DNA of 64,000 bases. Origin: Clostridia bacterium (GTDB taxonomy: Bacteria > Bacillota > Clostridia > Oscillospirales > Acutalibacteraceae). This document shows positions 28,854 through 39,424 of the stretch, piece after piece; positions within the stretch are counted from its first letter, which is position 1; the number at the start of each line of letters is the position of its first letter. The stretch spans positions 2,261-66,260 of the forward strand of contig JAILMJ010000002.1 of assembly GCA_024692685.1 (NCBI GenBank), read 5' to 3'. The translations under genes and the position numbers were made by a program. The notes under the pieces are model-generated. The model did not search any database. It was not told where the DNA came from and saw only the letters and a program-made list of their open reading frames with translations.

Positions 28854-29224
28854 AAAAAACATTAAGTATAGTTTTGACATTATTTGCCGTTATGCTTCTG
28901 ATTTCGGCTGTCTGCGTTCCGGCCTTTGCCGCAGGTGAAACGGCGGAGACTCTTGCTGCAGCTGAAAATGAAAACGCAGCGGAAAGCACAGCCGACAGCA
29001 CCGTAAATGTTAAAGCAAAGACCGCTGCTATCCTTGTTGCCGTTGTTGCCGGAATCGGTGCCGCGGCAATGAGTTTTGCGATAGTCAGCGCCTCAAACGG
29101 TATCTCGCGTCAGCCGGAAGCAGCCGGCAACATCAGGACCAATGTTATGCTCGGCCTTGTATTCATTGAAACGGCGATAATCTATGCCCTGATAGTTGCA
29201 ATTCTGATTATCTTCGTACTTTAA
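28850..29224 (+). CDS. atpE: F-type ATP synthase subunit c with N-terminal extension
   Basis: RQPEA loop and FIETAIIY carboxylate helix; about 50 extra N-terminal residues. Confidence 0.92.
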   Translation: MKKTLSIVLTLFAVMLLISAVCVPAFAAGETAETLAAAENENAAESTADSTVNVKAKTAAILVAVVAGIGAAAMSFAIVSASNGISRQPEAAGNIRTNVMLGLVFIETAIIYALIVAILIIFVL

Positions 29225-29239
29225 TCGGAGGAATATGAT

Positions 29240-29731
29240 ATGCCTCTAAATATAGACATACAGCAGATTCTCCTCCATATGCTTAATTTCGTGATCCTTT
29301 TTGCGGTAGGATATTTTCTTCTCTACAATCCAATAAAGAAGTTTATGGACAAGAGAGAAAAGTATTACAGCGATATGGATGAAGAAGCTGAGAAAAAACT
29401 GTCGGATTCCGAAAAACTCAGAGCCGACTATGAAGAAAAACTGAAAGAACTTAACAGTGAAACCGAGCGGATAAAGAGCGATACACTAACCGAAGCAAGG
29501 GCAAAAGCGGATGAAATGATAAAAGACGCAAAGGCGGAGGCATCGGACATTATCTCATCTGCCAGAGCACAGGGTGAGGCGGAAAAGAATGATATCATAA
29601 GATCCGCATCCGATGAAATCCGTGAACTTGCCAGGTCAACCGCAGAAAAACTTATCACGAGCGAGAATGAAGACGAATACAATAAATTTCTTAAATCTGT
29701 CGAAGAGGCAGATAACGGAGAGAATGAATAA
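29240..29731 (+). CDS. atpF: F-type ATP synthase subunit b
   Basis: [12 protein letters not shown]...[14 protein letters not shown] membrane anchor then long charged coiled coil. Confidence 0.9.
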   Translation: MPLNIDIQQILLHMLNFVILFAVGYFLLYNPIKKFMDKREKYYSDMDEEAEKKLSDSEKLRADYEEKLKELNSETERIKSDTLTEARAKADEMIKDAKAEASDIISSARAQGEAEKNDIIRSASDEIRELARSTAEKLITSENEDEYNKFLKSVEEADNGENE

Positions 29732-29733
29732 TA

Positions 29734-31449
29734 ATGATTCGAAGAAAAGTTTACGCGACTCTTCTTGCTCAGAAACTGCCGGATGAAAAGCAGAAGCAGG
29801 AGATACTTGCGTTTTTGAAGAAAAAGCACGGCATAGAAGATATGGTGTGCAAGTATGACGAGACCATAACCGACGGCTTCAAAATCATCTTCGATAACAA
29901 GGTGTATGATTGGACAAAGGAGGGTTTTCTCCGCCGTTTCAGAAATACTCTTGAATCCGCTGCGGACAGCAGAGAAATCATCCCCATATTCAAACAGGCA
30001 ATGGATGATTTCGGCTCCTTTTCCGCACCCGAGGAAATCGGAACAGTCAAAACCGTAGGTGACGGAATTGCAATTATTGAAGGGCTTGAATCTGCGAAAT
30101 ACGGTGAAATTCTTGCGTTTGAAAACGGCGTCAAAGGCCAGGTTCTTGATCTTAGAGAAAAAGAAATAGGCTGCATGCTCTTCGATGACAGCGAGAAAGT
30201 TTTCCAGGGAGATACTGTCATAAGAACAGGCAAAGTGGCAGGTATACCCGTGGGTGAGAAGTTCATAGGCAGGGTTATTGATGCGCTGGGCAATCCGATT
30301 GACGGAAAAGGCGATATTGAGGCCGACGATTACAGACCGGTTGAGTCGCCTGCCCCCTCTATTGTTGACAGACAGCCCGTCAATATTCCTCTGGAAACCG
30401 GTATTCTCACCATAGATTCGATGTTCCCCATTGGCAGAGGTCAGAGAGAGCTCATTATAGGAGACAGACAGATTGGCAAAACTACCATAGCGATAGATAC
30501 AATAATTAATCAAAAGGGCAAAAATGTGATTTGTATCTATGTTGCAATAGGTCAGAAAGCTAGCTCCGTTGCGAACACGGTCGATACTCTTGAGACTTTC
30601 GGTGCCATGGATTATACGGTTGTAATTTCATCAACCGCAGGCGATCCCGCTTCCCTTCAGTATATTGCTCCGTATGCAGGATGTTCGCTCGGTGAATATT
30701 TTATGTATAAGGGCCGGGATGTCCTGATTGTTTATGACGACCTTTCGAAGCACTCCGTTGCTTACAGAAGTATCAGCTTGCTGCTTGGCAGATTTCCGGG
30801 CAGAGAAGCTTTTCCGGGCGATATATTCTATCTTCACTCCCGTCTGCTTGAAAGAGCGGCTCATCTGAGCGAGGAGTGCGGAGGCGGAAGTATGACAGCC
30901 CTTCCCATAGTTGAAACTCAGGCCGGCGATGTTTCCGCATATATTCCCACGAATGTTATATCCATAACCGATGGTCAGATTTTTCTTGAAACCGACCTGT
31001 TTTTCAGCGGGCAGAGGCCTGCTGTGAATATAGGTCTTTCGGTTTCCAGAGTCGGCGGTGACGCACAATCACCGGCAGTTAAGAAAGCGTGCGGCTCTTT
31101 CAGACTTGAACTTGCCCAGTACAGAGAGATGGCGGCATTTATGCAGTTTTCCGGTGATATTGATGATGAAGCAAAGTCCCGTCTTGATTACGGCAGAAAG
31201 CTTATGCTGACCTTGCGTCAGAATCGGCATTCACCTTTATCCGCACACAGGCAGGTTGTTATTCTGACTGTCATACTCAACGGAAAACTTAAAAACGTTG
31301 AAGACAATAATATTCATGCCTTCCTTGATTCGGTCTGCGAAAAAGCGGAGGGAAACAGAGACATCTGTTATGAGATAGACAATAATCTGGCACTCTCGGA
31401 AAAGAGTAAAGCGGCGATTCTGGAAATCGCGGATAATACGGAGTTGTGA
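29734..31449 (+). CDS. atpA: F-type ATP synthase subunit alpha with N-terminal delta-C-terminal-like domain
   Basis: [62 protein letters not shown]; about 75 extra N-terminal residues. Confidence 0.93.
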   Translation: MIRRKVYATLLAQKLPDEKQKQEILAFLKKKHGIEDMVCKYDETITDGFKIIFDNKVYDWTKEGFLRRFRNTLESAADSREIIPIFKQAMDDFGSFSAPEEIGTVKTVGDGIAIIEGLESAKYGEILAFENGVKGQVLDLREKEIGCMLFDDSEKVFQGDTVIRTGKVAGIPVGEKFIGRVIDALGNPIDGKGDIEADDYRPVESPAPSIVDRQPVNIPLETGILTIDSMFPIGRGQRELIIGDRQIGKTTIAIDTIINQKGKNVICIYVAIGQKASSVANTVDTLETFGAMDYTVVISSTAGDPASLQYIAPYAGCSLGEYFMYKGRDVLIVYDDLSKHSVAYRSISLLLGRFPGREAFPGDIFYLHSRLLERAAHLSEECGGGSMTALPIVETQAGDVSAYIPTNVISITDGQIFLETDLFFSGQRPAVNIGLSVSRVGGDAQSPAVKKACGSFRLELAQYREMAAFMQFSGDIDDEAKSRLDYGRKLMLTLRQNRHSPLSAHRQVVILTVILNGKLKNVEDNNIHAFLDSVCEKAEGNRDICYEIDNNLALSEKSKAAILEIADNTEL

Positions 31450-31450
31450 T

Positions 31451-33674
<2,224 letters not shown>

Positions 33675-33675
<1 letters not shown>

Positions 33676-33929
33676 TGTCATCATTTGCATTGAAAATAGT
33701 TACGCCCGTTGGGACCGTTTATGACGGAAAGTGCGACTCTGTAGTTTTTCCGGGTCCGGACGGGCTCTATGGAATTCAGGCTAATCATTCGCCGATGGCT
33801 GCTCTTGTTTCGCCGGGTGATATAAAGATAACCGTTGACGGCAAAACCGTCATAAGGAAAACGGAAAGCGGTTTTCTGAAATGCAAGGATAATTCAGTCA
33901 TAATATGCTCGGGCAGCATAACAGAATAA
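33675..33929 (+). CDS. atpC: F-type ATP synthase subunit epsilon, N-terminal domain only
   Basis: LKIVTP, GIQANHSP, SGFL; 84 aa ending right after the beta-sandwich. Confidence 0.88.
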
Positions 33930-33957
33930 AAAACGGAGGTCGTCAGACCTCCGTTTT
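33930..33957. terminator. Bidirectional terminator ending the atp operon and the convergent sugar-redox operon
   Basis: AAAACGGAGGTC-gtca-GACCTCCGTTTT, perfect 12-bp stem. Confidence 0.85.
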
Positions 33958-33972
33958 AAGTTATCGTCATAA

Positions 33973-34521
33973 TCAATATTCAAAGCAAAAATTCTCTATC
34001 AAATCCATCACCTTGGCCTCAACCTTGCCGTAAATCTCTTTACCCAGAGCAATCAGGAATTCGTTGTCATCTCTGTCGCACAGCATGGCATAATTTCTGC
34101 CGATTTCCTCTTCGGTGTTTTCTCCCTTGCGAACGGAGAGATAATAAAAGCTGAACGAGGAACCGTCTGAAATATTTGCAAAAAACCCCGGGGATGTCTG
34201 CTCAATCTTGGCATACATTGCATTAACCGACTGTGTTGAAAGCATGGTATTTGGCAGATATTTGTGAAGGGCAATCTGCGCCGAAAACACCATAAGCGCT
34301 CTCAGCTGGGTAAGCTCGTTGTTGCTCAGCTTTTTTGCTTCGTCCGGGCAAATGATTTCAGGAGTCATATCGGCAAGATGTTCTCCGAGCATACCCGCTT
34401 TTGAAATGTTGCCGTTTGCTCTGTGCTTATCCATTATTCCGGCTAAACTTGTCAGGTCTGAAGCAATCCCGTCTTTTTTCTTTGGGTGAAAGATTTTAAT
34501 ATCGTCATCGTTGTTTCGCAT
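33973..34521 (-). CDS. Hypothetical protein, last gene of the oxidoreductase/TIM-barrel operon
   Basis: 182 aa ORF starting 2 bp after the upstream stop, AAGGA RBS inside the upstream gene. Confidence 0.75.
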   Translation of the reverse strand: MRNNDDDIKIFHPKKKDGIASDLTSLAGIMDKHRANGNISKAGMLGEHLADMTPEIICPDEAKKLSNNELTQLRALMVFSAQIALHKYLPNTMLSTQSVNAMYAKIEQTSPGFFANISDGSSFSFYYLSVRKGENTEEEIGRNYAMLCDRDDNEFLIALGKEIYGKVEAKVMDLIENFCFEY

Positions 34522-34523
34522 AA

Positions 34524-35594
34524 TCAGATAATATCCTTAAATTCAATAACTTTGTTTGTTTTTCCCGATTCAAAAATCGCCTCAACCAGTTTTATAAGTC
34601 TGCGCTGCTGATCATGAGTGACGATGGCGGTCTGTTCGCCTCTGAGGGTGGAATAGATGTTTTTATAGTATTCGCCCCAGTCAGCTTTCTGGACCGGAAG
34701 AGGATATTCCTTTATGGTGTCATCGGTTCTCGGTGCCATTGTCTTCGTTATGCCGGCCCCTGCAACGATAGGAACACATTCTCTGTTCTCCCAGTCGGAA
34801 ACCATTACTGTTTTTCCTTCACAGTCCCAGTTGTTAATAACAGACGAACCGTTTTCACCGAGCATATACCACAGCGGCAGTTCAATGAAATTGCTGGTTG
34901 TTACCTCAACATAAAATGAAAGTCCGTCATCAAAAATAAGTGTTGTTCTGAAGCCGTCGTCGCACTTTTCGTTTGTGACGAAAGTGAGCTCTGCATAGAC
35001 TGTTTTGAGCTTTCGCGGAAGCGTCATCATAAGAGCCTGGTCAAGAAGGTGAATTCCCCAATCGTATACCATACCTCCGCCGTGCTCAGGCTGGTTTCTC
35101 CAATCGCCGGGAACGCCTCTTGAACCCTGAACCCTTGACTCAATCCTGAATACCTTGCCGAGGGTATTGTCGTCAAGGAGCTTTTTCATGGTGAGATAGT
35201 CCTCATCCCAGCGCCTGTTCTGATGTACAGTGAAAAGCTTGCCTGTTTCCTTTGCAACGGCTATCATTTCCTCAAGATCGGAAGAACTGAGGGTAACAGG
35301 CTTTTCGCTGATAACGTTTTTCCCGTGCCTGAGAGCGTCTATAACAATTTCCTTGTGATAATCATTTGGGGTCGCGACGGTTACAAGATCTATCCTTTCA
35401 TCCGACAGAAGTTCTTCACGTGAAGAGAAAACGTGAAGACCGTCGTTTTCGGCTCTTTTTGAGCTGTCAGGGGAGATGTCGTAAATGCCGATTACTTCGG
35501 CGTAATTCTGCATTTCATTACGATTCTTCCTGATATGCCAGCTTCCCATTCCGCCGTATCCTATTACTGCAAAACCGAATTTTCCGTTTACCAT
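34524..35594 (-). CDS. Gfo/Idh/MocA family NAD(P)-dependent oxidoreductase
   Basis: GYGGMG, VATPNDYH, ISEKP, HQNRRWD, GGGMVYDWGIHLLD. Confidence 0.93.
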   Translation of the reverse strand: MVNGKFGFAVIGYGGMGSWHIRKNRNEMQNYAEVIGIYDISPDSSKRAENDGLHVFSSREELLSDERIDLVTVATPNDYHKEIVIDALRHGKNVISEKPVTLSSSDLEEMIAVAKETGKLFTVHQNRRWDEDYLTMKKLLDDNTLGKVFRIESRVQGSRGVPGDWRNQPEHGGGMVYDWGIHLLDQALMMTLPRKLKTVYAELTFVTNEKCDDGFRTTLIFDDGLSFYVEVTTSNFIELPLWYMLGENGSSVINNWDCEGKTVMVSDWENRECVPIVAGAGITKTMAPRTDDTIKEYPLPVQKADWGEYYKNIYSTLRGEQTAIVTHDQQRRLIKLVEAIFESGKTNKVIEFKDII

Positions 35595-35619
35595 TTTTAT
35601 CCTCTTCCTTCGTTGTTTA

Positions 35620-36585
35620 TCAGAACCACCACGCAGCGCCGGTCGGTTCCTTTACAATAACATCTTTAAGGAAAGATACCGCCTTTGAGAGTCCTTCATT
35701 CTGGCTCATAAGGCTGTCCTCATGCTCAATGCTGATTGCATAGTCATAGCCGACCATTCGCAGAGCGGAAATCATATCCTTCCAATAAGAATAATCGTTG
35801 CCGTAGCCGACAGAACGGAAAATCCATGAACGATGTATTTCGTCTCCGTAGGACTTGGTGTCCAGTACTCCGTTAACCGCGGTATTTATTCTGTCAATTT
35901 TAGTGTCTTTTGCGTGGAAATGGAAAACGGCGTCTCCCATTTCGCGTATGCAGGCAACAGGATCCATTCCCTGCCAGATAAGGTGGCTCGGATCAAAATT
36001 TGCGCCTATTTCGGGGCCGACTGCATTCCTGAGTTTAAGCAGCGACTCTGTGTTATAAACACAGAAGCCGGGGTGAAGCTCAAGACCGATTTTATCAACG
36101 CCGTGGTTTCTTGCAAAGGCAACCAGGTCCTTCCAATAGGGGATGAGAACCTCGTTCCACTGCCAGTTAAGCACCTCGGTAAAATCGTCCGGCCAGGGGC
36201 AGACTACCCAGTTCGGATGTTTTGAAGTTTCGCAGTCACCCGGGCAGCCCGAGAAGGTGTTAATGTTATGCAGACCGAGTTTTTCGGCAAGCAGGATGGT
36301 GTTTCTTATTGTTTTGTCATATTCGGCGGCAATTTTTTTATCGGGATGAACCGGGTTTCCGTGGCAGGAAAGAGCACTGATTTCCATGCCGTAGTTTTTG
36401 ACAAGGGCTTTGAAGTCCTCAAGTTTTCCGCTGTCGGAAAGCAGAACTTCAGGGTCGGCATGTGCATTTCCCGGGAAACCGCCGCATCCGATTTCAACCA
36501 TTTCAAGTCCGAGGGATTTGAAATACTTGAGAGCATCCTCAAATGGTACATTTGAAAGTAAAGTTGTAAATACACCGAGTTTCAT
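35620..36585 (-). CDS. Xylose isomerase-like TIM barrel (sugar phosphate isomerase/epimerase family)
   Basis: Metal-ligand motifs LELHPG, NFDPSHL, HFHAKD, IEHED. Confidence 0.9.
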   Translation of the reverse strand: MKLGVFTTLLSNVPFEDALKYFKSLGLEMVEIGCGGFPGNAHADPEVLLSDSGKLEDFKALVKNYGMEISALSCHGNPVHPDKKIAAEYDKTIRNTILLAEKLGLHNINTFSGCPGDCETSKHPNWVVCPWPDDFTEVLNWQWNEVLIPYWKDLVAFARNHGVDKIGLELHPGFCVYNTESLLKLRNAVGPEIGANFDPSHLIWQGMDPVACIREMGDAVFHFHAKDTKIDRINTAVNGVLDTKSYGDEIHRSWIFRSVGYGNDYSYWKDMISALRMVGYDYAISIEHEDSLMSQNEGLSKAVSFLKDVIVKEPTGAAWWF

Positions 36586-36597
36586 TTGTCAGTCTCC

Positions 36598-37332
36598 TCA
36601 GATAATTGATTCAAGGTATTTTAAACTTCTGGCTATGTCGTCAAAGCCGTTCGGAACGGGGTCGTCGTTTTCAACCACAACCCATTCAATATCCAGAGCC
36701 TTGGCAGCCTTTATAACGGCTTTAACATCGCAGTCGCCTTCGCCCAGTGCTTTGGGCTTTCCGTCAACTCCGTCCTTCAGGTGAAGGAGGATTATTTTAT
36801 CGGAGTGCGAAGTGATGAATTTATAGTTGTCGATACCGGCGTGATAACTCCAGTAGGTATCAATTTCAAGATCGCAGTAGCTGGAAATAACTTCAATGGG
36901 CAGACGCTTGTTGCGAAGAGGTTTGAACTCCTCGGTGTGGTTGTGATAATAGGTGGTGATGCCGTAATTCTGCATGGCGTATTCCTTGGCTCTGCCGAGA
37001 ATTTTACCTGTGTGGACACAGTCTGCCATTGTGCCGTGAGGCGCGCCTCCTACTCCTATCGCCTTTGTGCCGAGGGCTTTCTGGAATTTAAGAGTTTCTT
37101 CAAGTTTGTCTTTTTCAAAATCTTCAAGACCGATGTGGCCTCCGACACAGACAAGTCCGGTTTCATCAAGCTTTTTTCTTATTTTTTCCGCACTTGTATT
37201 GAAATAGCCGGCGAATTCAACTCCGTCATATCCGATTTCCTTAACCTTTTCAAGTGCCTTCAGAAGTGTTTTGCTGTCCTTTATCTGGTCTCTGACTGAA
37301 TACATCTGAACTGCAATTTTCATATTATTCAC
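36598..37332 (-). CDS. Xylose isomerase-like TIM barrel (sugar phosphate isomerase/epimerase family)
   Basis: QMYSVRD, GVEFAG, YHNHTEEF, EIDTYW, LHLKD, VVEND. Confidence 0.9.
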   Translation of the reverse strand: MNNMKIAVQMYSVRDQIKDSKTLLKALEKVKEIGYDGVEFAGYFNTSAEKIRKKLDETGLVCVGGHIGLEDFEKDKLEETLKFQKALGTKAIGVGGAPHGTMADCVHTGKILGRAKEYAMQNYGITTYYHNHTEEFKPLRNKRLPIEVISSYCDLEIDTYWSYHAGIDNYKFITSHSDKIILLHLKDGVDGKPKALGEGDCDVKAVIKAAKALDIEWVVVENDDPVPNGFDDIARSLKYLESII

Positions 37333-38425
37333 CTTCGTTAAAATAATACGGTTTGCCGCTTTCGGCAGACTTGTAAATTCCTTCGAGAATCTGGGTTACA
37401 ACCATTGCCTGCTCAGGCTTTGTCGAAACTTCTTTGTTGTTTATGACCGCATCGTAAAAGGCAAGGTTTTCGAGGTCTTCTGCTCTGTCGCTTGCTCCGT
37501 CAAAGAATGCGACGCCGCCGCAGTCAAAGTTGGGCATTTCAATAACCTGGCGGTTGTTCTTAACATAGTTAATCCTGAGTCCGTCAAGCATATCGGCTCC
37601 GCCCTTGTCGCCGCAAACGAGGGTTATTGCCTCTCTGGGATCGGCTATGTTGAGAGCCCAGCTCGATTCAACGCTGACCGTTGCTCCGTTTTCCATAACG
37701 ACAAAGCCAAAGGCGGAATCTTCAACCGTATATTGCTTTGGATCCCAGTCTCCCCAGGCATTTGCAGTGCCGTTTGCCTCGCCGAGTTTCTTGTATTTAG
37801 TGCCGACACAGAATTTGGGCTTGTAGTTATTCATCATCCAGAGGGTGAGATCGAGAGCGTGGGTTCCTATGTCGATGAGAGGACCGCCTCCCTGCTCGTA
37901 TTCATTGAGAAATACGCCCCAGGTGGGTACGGCTCTGCGCCTTAAAGCAATTGCTCTGGCATAGTATATTTCGCCGAGTTCTCCTTTTTCGCAGCAGGCT
38001 TTCAGATACTGCGAATCGCCTCTCCAGCGCGACTGATATCCTATTGAGAGTTTCTTGCCCGTTCTGACGGACGCCTCATACATCGCCTTTGCTTCGGCAT
38101 AGGTCTTCGCCATCGGCTTTTCGCAAAGAACGTGTTTCCCTGCTTCGAGAGAATCTATGGTAATGAACGAATGGGAGCGGTTGGGTGTGCAAACATGGAT
38201 TACCGCAATGTCTTTCTCTTTTTCGAGAAGGTCCTTATAATCAACATAAACTCTTGCGTCTTCAGTGCCGAATTTCTCTTTTGAGTTAACGGCTCTTTCC
38301 TCGATAATATCGCAAAATGCAACAACCTCAACGTTTGGATTTCTTGAAAGCGCAGGCAGATGTTTTCCGTTGGCTATACCGCCGCATCCTATTACGCCGA
38401 CTTTAAGTTTTTCACTCATTTCCAT
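37325..38425 (-). CDS. Gfo/Idh/MocA family NAD(P)-dependent oxidoreductase
   Basis: IGCGGIA, VCTPNRSH, LCEKP, GGGPLIDIGTHALD. Confidence 0.93.
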   Translation of the reverse strand: MEMSEKLKVGVIGCGGIANGKHLPALSRNPNVEVVAFCDIIEERAVNSKEKFGTEDARVYVDYKDLLEKEKDIAVIHVCTPNRSHSFITIDSLEAGKHVLCEKPMAKTYAEAKAMYEASVRTGKKLSIGYQSRWRGDSQYLKACCEKGELGEIYYARAIALRRRAVPTWGVFLNEYEQGGGPLIDIGTHALDLTLWMMNNYKPKFCVGTKYKKLGEANGTANAWGDWDPKQYTVEDSAFGFVVMENGATVSVESSWALNIADPREAITLVCGDKGGADMLDGLRINYVKNNRQVIEMPNFDCGGVAFFDGASDRAEDLENLAFYDAVINNKEVSTKPEQAMVVTQILEGIYKSAESGKPYYFNEGE

Positions 38426-38519
38426 TTTCCCCTTTATTCATTTAGTACTTCGGATACGACTGTTTATGCCTTTGAAATCAGCTCAGATTAAGGCATTTTA
38501 CAACAGTCATATTTATTTT

Positions 38520-38547
38520 ATTATACAATAGAGCGAAATATTTTCAA
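38520..38547 (-). promoter_or_regulatory. SigA-type promoter for the oxidoreductase/TIM-barrel operon
   Basis: Minus strand TTGAAA, 16 bp, TATAAT. Confidence 0.55.
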
Positions 38548-38607
38548 GATTAATTTTAGCAAATTTTACCTGTGTTTTTTTGTTAAAAATATCAATTCAA
38601 AAAACGG

Positions 38608-39420
38608 TTAGCGAAGCCCCTTCGGATTCAGGCTTCCGGTCCTGTATCCGTCAAGGTCAAGCGTCACGAAGTCAAGCCCGAGTCCATGCAGATACGCTGA
38701 AATATTGTTTCGTAAGGCGGTATCGGAAAACCTGTCAAAATCTTCCGGTGCAATCTCTATTCGGGCAATATTTCCGTGAATACGCAAACGCAGCTGACCG
38801 AAACCTTGTTCGCGCAGAAAACGTTCACCCTTCTCCGCTTTTTCAAGTTTATCTTCCGTAATCCTGTCTCCGTAGGGTATTCTTGAAGCGAGGCAGGCGA
38901 GTGACGGCTTGTCTGCAGTATCAAGTCCCATCTCCGCCGAAAGTGCTCTTATTTCGCTTTTTCTTATGCCTAATCTGAGCAGAGGGCTTTCAATTCCGAG
39001 CTCTTCAAGGGCTTTCATTCCGGGTCTGAAATCGCTTATATCATCGAAATTAGTGCCGTCGTATATTACGGATATTCCTTTTTCCTCTGCCTTCTCCCTG
39101 ACTTTTTCAAAGATTGCCTTTTTGCAGTGATAACATCTGTCGTATGGGTTGGCGATAATCTCATCTTTACCCATAACATCAAAGTCAATTATTATCTGCT
39201 CGATGTTTTCCTTTTTGCAAAACTCTGAGGCCCGATCGGCTTCTTCCTGCGGGAAAAATGCCGAACGAACCGTTATCGCAAGCGCCGTGACTCCGGGTAT
39301 ATTACTTGCGGTTTTCAGCAGAAATGTGGAGTCAACGCCGGCGGAATATGCTACGGCAATCTTACCGGCGGAGCTTATGTAATTCTCAAGCAGTTTCTTT
39401 TTATTGTGTAAATCATCCAT
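38608..39420 (-). CDS. larE: ATP-dependent sulfur transferase LarE
   Basis: PP-loop AYSAGVDS, RCYHCK, DGTNFDD, RPGMKA, ACLASRIPYG, GYRTGSLN. Confidence 0.92.
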   Translation of the reverse strand: MDDLHNKKKLLENYISSAGKIAVAYSAGVDSTFLLKTASNIPGVTALAITVRSAFFPQEEADRASEFCKKENIEQIIIDFDVMGKDEIIANPYDRCYHCKKAIFEKVREKAEEKGISVIYDGTNFDDISDFRPGMKALEELGIESPLLRLGIRKSEIRALSAEMGLDTADKPSLACLASRIPYGDRITEDKLEKAEKGERFLREQGFGQLRLRIHGNIARIEIAPEDFDRFSDTALRNNISAYLHGLGLDFVTLDLDGYRTGSLNPKGLR

Positions 39421-39424
39421 TGCT

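Noticed and set aside
29428-30513. 361-aa minus-strand ORF, and similar ORFs at 32473..33339 and 61079..61666
   Set aside because: Antisense to highly conserved atpA, atpD and ftsZ; a common codon-bias artefact
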